Positions 58,018-64,000 of a stretch of DNA of 64,000 nucleotides are shown here, in pieces (positions within the stretch are counted from its first letter, which is position 1; each line of letters starts with the position of its first letter). The notes under the pieces are model-generated. The model worked only from the letters and a program-made list of their open reading frames with translations. It was not told where the DNA came from and did no database searches. The DNA lies in assembly GCF_963853765.1 (NCBI RefSeq), contig NC_088859.1:16368001-16432000 (forward strand), read 5' to 3'. Origin of the DNA: Magallana gigas. Taxonomy: Eukaryota. Made by a program: the position numbers and the translations under genes.

Positions 58018-59922
58018 ATGGCGTCTGTAACATCGACAATAACAGAGGAATTTCTGACTTGCTCCATTTGTTTTGAAATTTATAAGGATCCCAAAACACT
58101 CCCATGCCTGCATTCCTTTTGCAAAGACTGCATCAATAACCTACGACAAGAGAAAGCTGGTAAAAACAGTATTCCATGTCCAATTTGTAGAGAAGTGTTT
58201 CAACTTCCTACAGAGGGCGCAAACGATTTAAAAACAAACTTCTGCTTAAAAAATCTGATTGACTTTGTCACGTCAACAAAGGAAGTCAAAAAGATATGCT
58301 CATTTTGCCGTATAAAAGGTGAAAACATTGATGCCACATATCTGTGTCTTACATGTAATGATTTGCTCTGTCCAGAATGCGGGGACCATCGACACAGATC
58401 AACGACATTAACCTTAAATCACCGAGTTGTTTCCCTTGCCGAGGTGACAGCTGGGAAGCATAACAAGGAGATTCGTTCAAAACAGCAAATCCCTTGTTCG
58501 AAACATGAGGGAGAAGATCTGCGATTCTTTTGTGAAACTTGTGACGTTCCAGTTTGTCGAGATTGTATTGTTCTTGGTCACCAGAACCACAAGTGTCTGG
58601 CCCCCACAGATGCAAGGAAACATATGGATGAAAATCTGAACTCTCTGATGGATTTGTTAAACCAAAAAATAAAAACACTCACAGACGCGAAAGAAAAGGT
58701 TGTTACCTCTCAGAAGAAAATTGAAACAGAAAAGAAAAAAGTTAAAGAAAATTTGGAAAGGCATACGAGTGCCTTAGTTAAAAAGATAACTGATTCAAAA
58801 AAGGCAGTGGAAAAAGAATTTGACCAGTTTGTGAAATCAAAGCAAGATATTTTACATCAACAAGAGGCATCTATCGAATCGGAAAGAAAGCTACTTAACG
58901 AAACTTATTCAGTTTGCAGTAATATTTTCAGATGCGGAAGCGATATTGAAGTTCTTTCAATGAAAACAGAAATGAAGGGACGTTTATCAAAATTACAATA
59001 TTCAAATGATATAGAAATATCCGATATAAAGGGAGTAGTTTTGCCAGATATACAGTTTTGCAACGAGGGAACCATCTTTAAAATGATAATAAGTACAAAA
59101 GATAAAGAACCGAGCAAACCAAAATCGCATAGCAATGCTGTTGTCGGAAAGGAACATAAAGAGGATAAAAGAGATGAAATAGGCGTTGAAGACTTTCACG
59201 ATCAACATGAAACCAAAAAGCCATGTTACACGAGTGTGGCTTGGGTGGATGAAAATACGATAGCTGTTGTTGACAAAGGAAATCAAAAGCTTAAACTCAT
59301 TTCTAGAGGAAAAAGCGTGACCACGATGGTATTCATCAAAAATTGTTTAGTGGTTACCTCCTTCAAAGATGGGGTAGCATGCAGATCAGATGGAAACACA
59401 ATGCAAGTTTTCAACCGTTCATTAGAACTAAGAGAAAGTTTTTCTTCAGTTTTAACACTAATGACATGTCATCCTCAAACTCTTGATGTATGTTGGGTTT
59501 CTGGCTTGAAGAAAATATGCACATTAAGAAGCAATGACGTCAAAGAAATCGCTATATACGATCCAAACACAGATTCCAACTTACATAATCCCATGTTTGG
59601 TCACATGCTACTGGATGGAATGTTTGCTGTATCGGATTGGGATGTAGGCTGTGTATTTCTTATAAGAAAAACAGGGTGTGTTTTAAGAAGGAAATATTTT
59701 GACTCTAATTCTAATCCTGGATCCATTTCTTCAGATTCTAAGTGTAATCTTTATGTGTGTGACTTTCAAAAAAGCGTTGTGGTGATTTTTGCACAGAGTG
59801 GAGAAACATTACATTCAGTTCAATTAGGAGCAATTGCACCAAACCCAAGAAGTATTGCCTTAAGAAATCAAAAGGCTTTGATTACAAATGGAAAATCCAT
59901 TGTTGAGATTGAGCTTAAGTGA
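58018..59922 (+). CDS. TRIM E3 ligase, copy 2 (same architecture), 634 aa, intronless CDS
   Basis: Full ORF with RING, two B-boxes, coiled coil and propeller. Acceptor atttgcag lies just upstream of the ATG. Confidence 0.92.
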   Translation: MASVTSTITEEFLTCSICFEIYKDPKTLPCLHSFCKDCINNLRQEKAGKNSIPCPICREVFQLPTEGANDLKTNFCLKNLIDFVTSTKEVKKICSFCRIKGENIDATYLCLTCNDLLCPECGDHRHRSTTLTLNHRVVSLAEVTAGKHNKEIRSKQQIPCSKHEGEDLRFFCETCDVPVCRDCIVLGHQNHKCLAPTDARKHMDENLNSLMDLLNQKIKTLTDAKEKVVTSQKKIETEKKKVKENLERHTSALVKKITDSKKAVEKEFDQFVKSKQDILHQQEASIESERKLLNETYSVCSNIFRCGSDIEVLSMKTEMKGRLSKLQYSNDIEISDIKGVVLPDIQFCNEGTIFKMIISTKDKEPSKPKSHSNAVVGKEHKEDKRDEIGVEDFHDQHETKKPCYTSVAWVDENTIAVVDKGNQKLKLISRGKSVTTMVFIKNCLVVTSFKDGVACRSDGNTMQVFNRSLELRESFSSVLTLMTCHPQTLDVCWVSGLKKICTLRSNDVKEIAIYDPNTDSNLHNPMFGHMLLDGMFAVSDWDVGCVFLIRKTGCVLRRKYFDSNSNPGSISSDSKCNLYVCDFQKSVVVIFAQSGETLHSVQLGAIAPNPRSIALRNQKALITNGKSIVEIELK

Positions 59923-62801
59923 TTTTTGATTTGAAAAAAGTTTCATGGTTGAATTATGGAATGTTAACTCTATTTAATTTCCTTTGAAATTAGACAGTAA
60001 TCTTAAAATTAAATCAAGTTATAAACATAATGGTATTGTATTTCACAATGATAAATTTATCGTAAATGATATGTTTTTTCCTTATATATCACAAACTAGA
60101 AGAAACTATGCAATAGACATTTAATATGTTTAATTTCAGGTTGAATTGTTTTGTTTTGAAAACTGTTAGACAAAGTATTTTTATAGATTTCTAAACAAAA
60201 AACCGATTACTATTACACTGTTAAAGAGACAGTATAGCCGAAAACACATGTTTGTTTAACTTCAGATTTACCCATTGTATCATTAGAAATAATAAATAAC
60301 GTTGTTTGTGACGACAGTTAAAGTACATAAAAATCCATTTCACATACCTAATGAATGTAAATATGATCTTCCAGAAATCTAAGGGTCGTATAAACCGAAA
60401 TAATCTTTTCACAACGGAACACATCATCACTTTCTCGATGATTTATAAATGGTTTACAAATTTCAGTTCATTTCAAAATGAACAGACATAAGGACGCCAA
60501 ATAACCCCTCAAGGGGCCTCACTTACAAAATGAATTTTGGCTGGAGCAACTCCTGTGATAAATACGCAAAATACATGCTTACAAAATGATAATTCTGGTT
60601 ATCATAAAACTTTGAACAATTATTACATTGGAGAAGTAGAAAAGGTATTTTTTTTATAGTCGTTGGTCCTATGACACACCACGCGGTGCAGACAAATCGA
60701 ATACCGCGTGTAATGCTTATATTTATATTTTCATACTGATATCTATTTGTATGAAATATTGTGTATCGCTGCTATAAAGCCATTACTAGTATTTGCACTC
60801 TTAGTCAGGGATATGAAACATACATGGAACAGCCATACTAACATGTTATTTAGTTAGCTTCCGCGACAAAAAATATAATATAATGCCAGATACTTTGTGG
60901 AGAAAAATCTTTTTTATTAAAGAGTAGATATATATTAATGATTGTTTTTCAAAAGTACATATCAAATTGGTCATGTAAGAATGAAAGTTTCATTTACTCT
61001 TAAAAATATATACACGTGAAGACGTATGTCTCTGTGATTAGCAAAGTGTATTCACAGAAAATTGAACGTCGCAGATTTCCAATACAAACATAAGGGGAAA
61101 TATACACTGAATGGAAATATATTTCTATAAACAGACCTTTCCAGGAGATTTTTTTCGATCTCTATATGTGTTTTATTTATTGTAAATACGCATGCGTAAT
61201 AGTATAAAAGTCTGAACCCCGTAACACGTTGCGATCTATATATAATATTTATGGGCTATATTCGTAGTTATTAATTTTGATGATATAATTAGATTTTATT
61301 TCATGGAGAAAATTGTAAGTTTCCGAAAGTTAATATATTTATGAGTAGTACAAAAATACCGAACCCGACCGAAAATTAAATAAAAATGTTACTACCGTTT
61401 ACTGTCATTGCGTAGACAGGTGTCTACTTAAAGAAAACATCGGGTTTCTACGTTGAATCACGATTCATGGATCTGATCTGGTAAACTGCCATTGTCATTG
61501 TAATTCAAACTCAGTCCAAACTGAAAAAAGAGACAATTTCTAATACATCGAAATATGTTTGATACGCATTTTTGGTTGAATGGCTGAACAAAAATAATAC
61601 CTATTCCATGATATTAAGGGATAGGTGTGCCAAGGTCCATAGCGTAAAAAAATGCAATTTATATAGTAAGTAGAAAGTTGTTGAAATTAGACATTTGACA
61701 TCCAAGACCCCCTCCCCCTTCTTAAAAACAAGGACCCACTAATGAGGTGGTTAGACGAGAACTACAAGTATTAGATAGAGATAATCAACCCCGTTTTTGA
61801 TTGTCAGTAAAAACTTAAGTTGTTTGGAGCCTTATGGTCTCATCAGCTCTTTAATCAAAATTGTCAGATTCTGTTTATGATTTTGTATCTTATCGGAAAT
61901 GGGTAAAGTACAAAGTAAGTGTCAATAGATTAGTAAATGTAGGTCATCTAAAGGATAAAGTCCTGTCAAGTTTCAGGCTAATGAATACATGTAATCTGAA
62001 TATACTACATGATTTTCACTGCACAAGTCAAACAGTTTATATAAAACATTCACATCCACCCCTATCGGACATTATGAATGATCTAGAATGTAAATGCCTA
62101 AGAGAAATATAACATAATAGGACTGTGATGTTGTTAAAAAGTGTATTTCAAAATTTCATGGATTGATTACATTGAATCGTGATTTTGGAAAAAATATAAA
62201 CACATTTAGAAAAAAGCATTGGATTCTTGACTTCACAAGTTGCAAACAAATTTATTGAATTAGTCTTCTACGTATTTCTTAGATGATGTAACTGACAAGG
62301 TATCATTGCATAAATGAATCTTGGTAATTTACAGTATGCACAACAAACCATGTAACAAATTTGAATAAATAGAAATGGAACATATTAGTCATTCTGCAAA
62401 TCGAAAATATAAATCAAAAAGGATTTCAAATTATGATATAATTTTATTGAATAACAAAGATAAGTTATTTTATAGAATAACCCTTTGTAAGAAAGAAATT
62501 GACATAATTATGTCAAATCTGAACCGGGTAACAAAGCTGTAAGATCATTGTAGACATGTACTTATAGATATTATTTAGTTCTTCACCTGTTAAACTCGTA
62601 TAGATAAAGTCAAGTGACTCTCTAAATAGAAGTAATAAATAGTATCGTGAAAAACATAGAACAATTTGCAAAATACATGTAGCTATACACAGTTTTGAAT
62701 CAGCATTAAAGTAAAGTCTTGTTTAGTTAACCCTTTCATTGTCCTTTATCAGCTACAACTACAATGCAAACATGCATTTTCTGAAACTGAAAACTGATAA
62801 G

Positions 62802-62804
<3 letters not shown>

Positions 62805-62886
<82 letters not shown>
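62805..62886. repeat. (TA)n microsatellite (about 40 units)
   Basis: Uninterrupted TA run. Confidence 0.95.
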
Positions 62887-62890
<4 letters not shown>

Positions 62891-63301
62891 GCTATATGAC
62901 AGTGTTAGTAAAAATGTTATTTAAAACGTATTGTGCAAGCAGGATGACAACAACTAAATGACCAAGATTTACATCTCCTTGAGGTTTCCATAGGATGACA
63001 TGTTGTCATTATTCAGGTGCGTTAAGCGTCAGAAAGTAAGTATACTGATATCATAAATTAAAAAGATCATTTTATCACTGATGATAGATATATTGCATTG
63101 ATGTTATTCACACAAAGGTATATGATAGCTAGTTCTCCATAAGCTAACACTGGAAACAGGTAAAACCCTTGTGCAAAATTATTAACGATGAGTTGATGTA
63201 TCTGCACACTACGTCGCCATTTTCCTGTTTTCTTGATTATTTTGCATTTTTTTAATAGCACGATTGTCGAAAGATTTATGCAATGTGTTCGACATCAGGT
63301 T

Positions 63302-63513
63302 NNNNNNNNNNNNNNNNNNNNNNNNNNNNNNNNNNNNNNNNNNNNNNNNNNNNNNNNNNNNNNNNNNNNNNNNNNNNNNNNNNNNNNNNNNNNNNNNNNN
63401 NNNNNNNNNNNNNNNNNNNNNNNNNNNNNNNNNNNNNNNNNNNNNNNNNNNNNNNNNNNNNNNNNNNNNNNNNNNNNNNNNNNNNNNNNNNNNNNNNNNN
63501 NNNNNNNNNNNNN
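63302..63513. other. Assembly gap (N)
   Basis: Run of N. Confidence 1.
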
Positions 63514-63797
63514 NGATACTTTTAAATTATGGAACAGTGTCGATTCTTACGTGTTTATTTTAATTAACATTTTAATCATAATATAAATATTAATTTTCCT
63601 ATTAATAAATGCCACAGAGGATTTATATTTATTCAGTTTCAAAAAACATGCAGTGAAGCATTATCTGTTTTCGTATTACTAGCAAAGTCATAAAACATAC
63701 ATTGTTCTTGTCTAGTCAATTCATAACCCATAATGCTATGTACTTCCGCAAAAACTCTGTATGTACATGTACAGTTATCAAGATATTACTTTTAAAG

Positions 63798-63942
63798 NNN
63801 NNNNNNNNNNNNNNNNNNNNNNNNNNNNNNNNNNNNNNNNNNNNNNNNNNNNNNNNNNNNNNNNNNNNNNNNNNNNNNNNNNNNNNNNNNNNNNNNNNNN
63901 NNNNNNNNNNNNNNNNNNNNNNNNNNNNNNNNNNNNNNNNNN
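63798..63942. other. Assembly gap (N)
   Basis: Run of N. Confidence 1.
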
Positions 63943-64000
63943 AAGATTTTTTGTTCACTGGGGGGGGGGTGTCGAATTACATGCATGGTTTGTCAAAATG

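Noticed and set aside
47611-58678. Similar antisense ORFs in both TRIM copies (47611-47874, 48101-48331; 58349-58678, 58905-59135)
   Set aside because: These are expected shadows of the duplicated sense CDS. They differ in length and have no recognisable domain.
63233-63986. ORFs spanning N runs
   Set aside because: Artefacts of the assembly gaps.
1-64000. CRISPR arrays, rRNA, prokaryotic operons or an autonomous transposase/RT
   Set aside because: None seen. The sequence is spliced eukaryotic DNA and all mobile elements found are non-coding.

Overview
AT-rich (eukaryotic, intron-rich) genomic DNA from a bivalve, most likely a Crassostrea/Magallana oyster, judged from Cg170-like satellite monomers inside a Helentron-type element and a V-domain SINE. 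All recognisable genes lie on the + strand. In order: (1) the 3' half of an MPRIP/outspread-like coiled-coil gene (74-2331); (2) CCDC25 (4532-9525); (3) an RFX1/2/3-type transcription factor (13959-21211) with a cluster of X-boxes in its own upstream promoter region; (4) a large delphilin/GRID2IP-like PDZ-formin (25146-41120); (5) a birth-and-death cluster of TRIM genes with intronless CDSs (RING-B-box-B-box-coiled-coil plus a degenerate NHL/beta-propeller): two intact paralogues (47214-49133, 58018-59922) and a frameshifted C-terminal pseudogene between them (~54602-55065). Introns and intergenic DNA carry many non-autonomous elements (TA-flanked MITEs, TTAA-flanked Kolobok-like MITEs, CA..TG elements with 5-bp TSDs, Helentron-like elements, a V-SINE). 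Two N gaps lie at the end. The most unusual signals are in splicing of the delphilin gene: a U12-type intron containing a second perfect U12 donor behind a 33-nt stop-containing mini-exon, a 39-bp duplication that duplicates a donor in frame, and an apparent GT>GG donor loss with an in-phase rescue donor. Exon structures were worked out by eye from splice signals and recalled homology; no database search was run.
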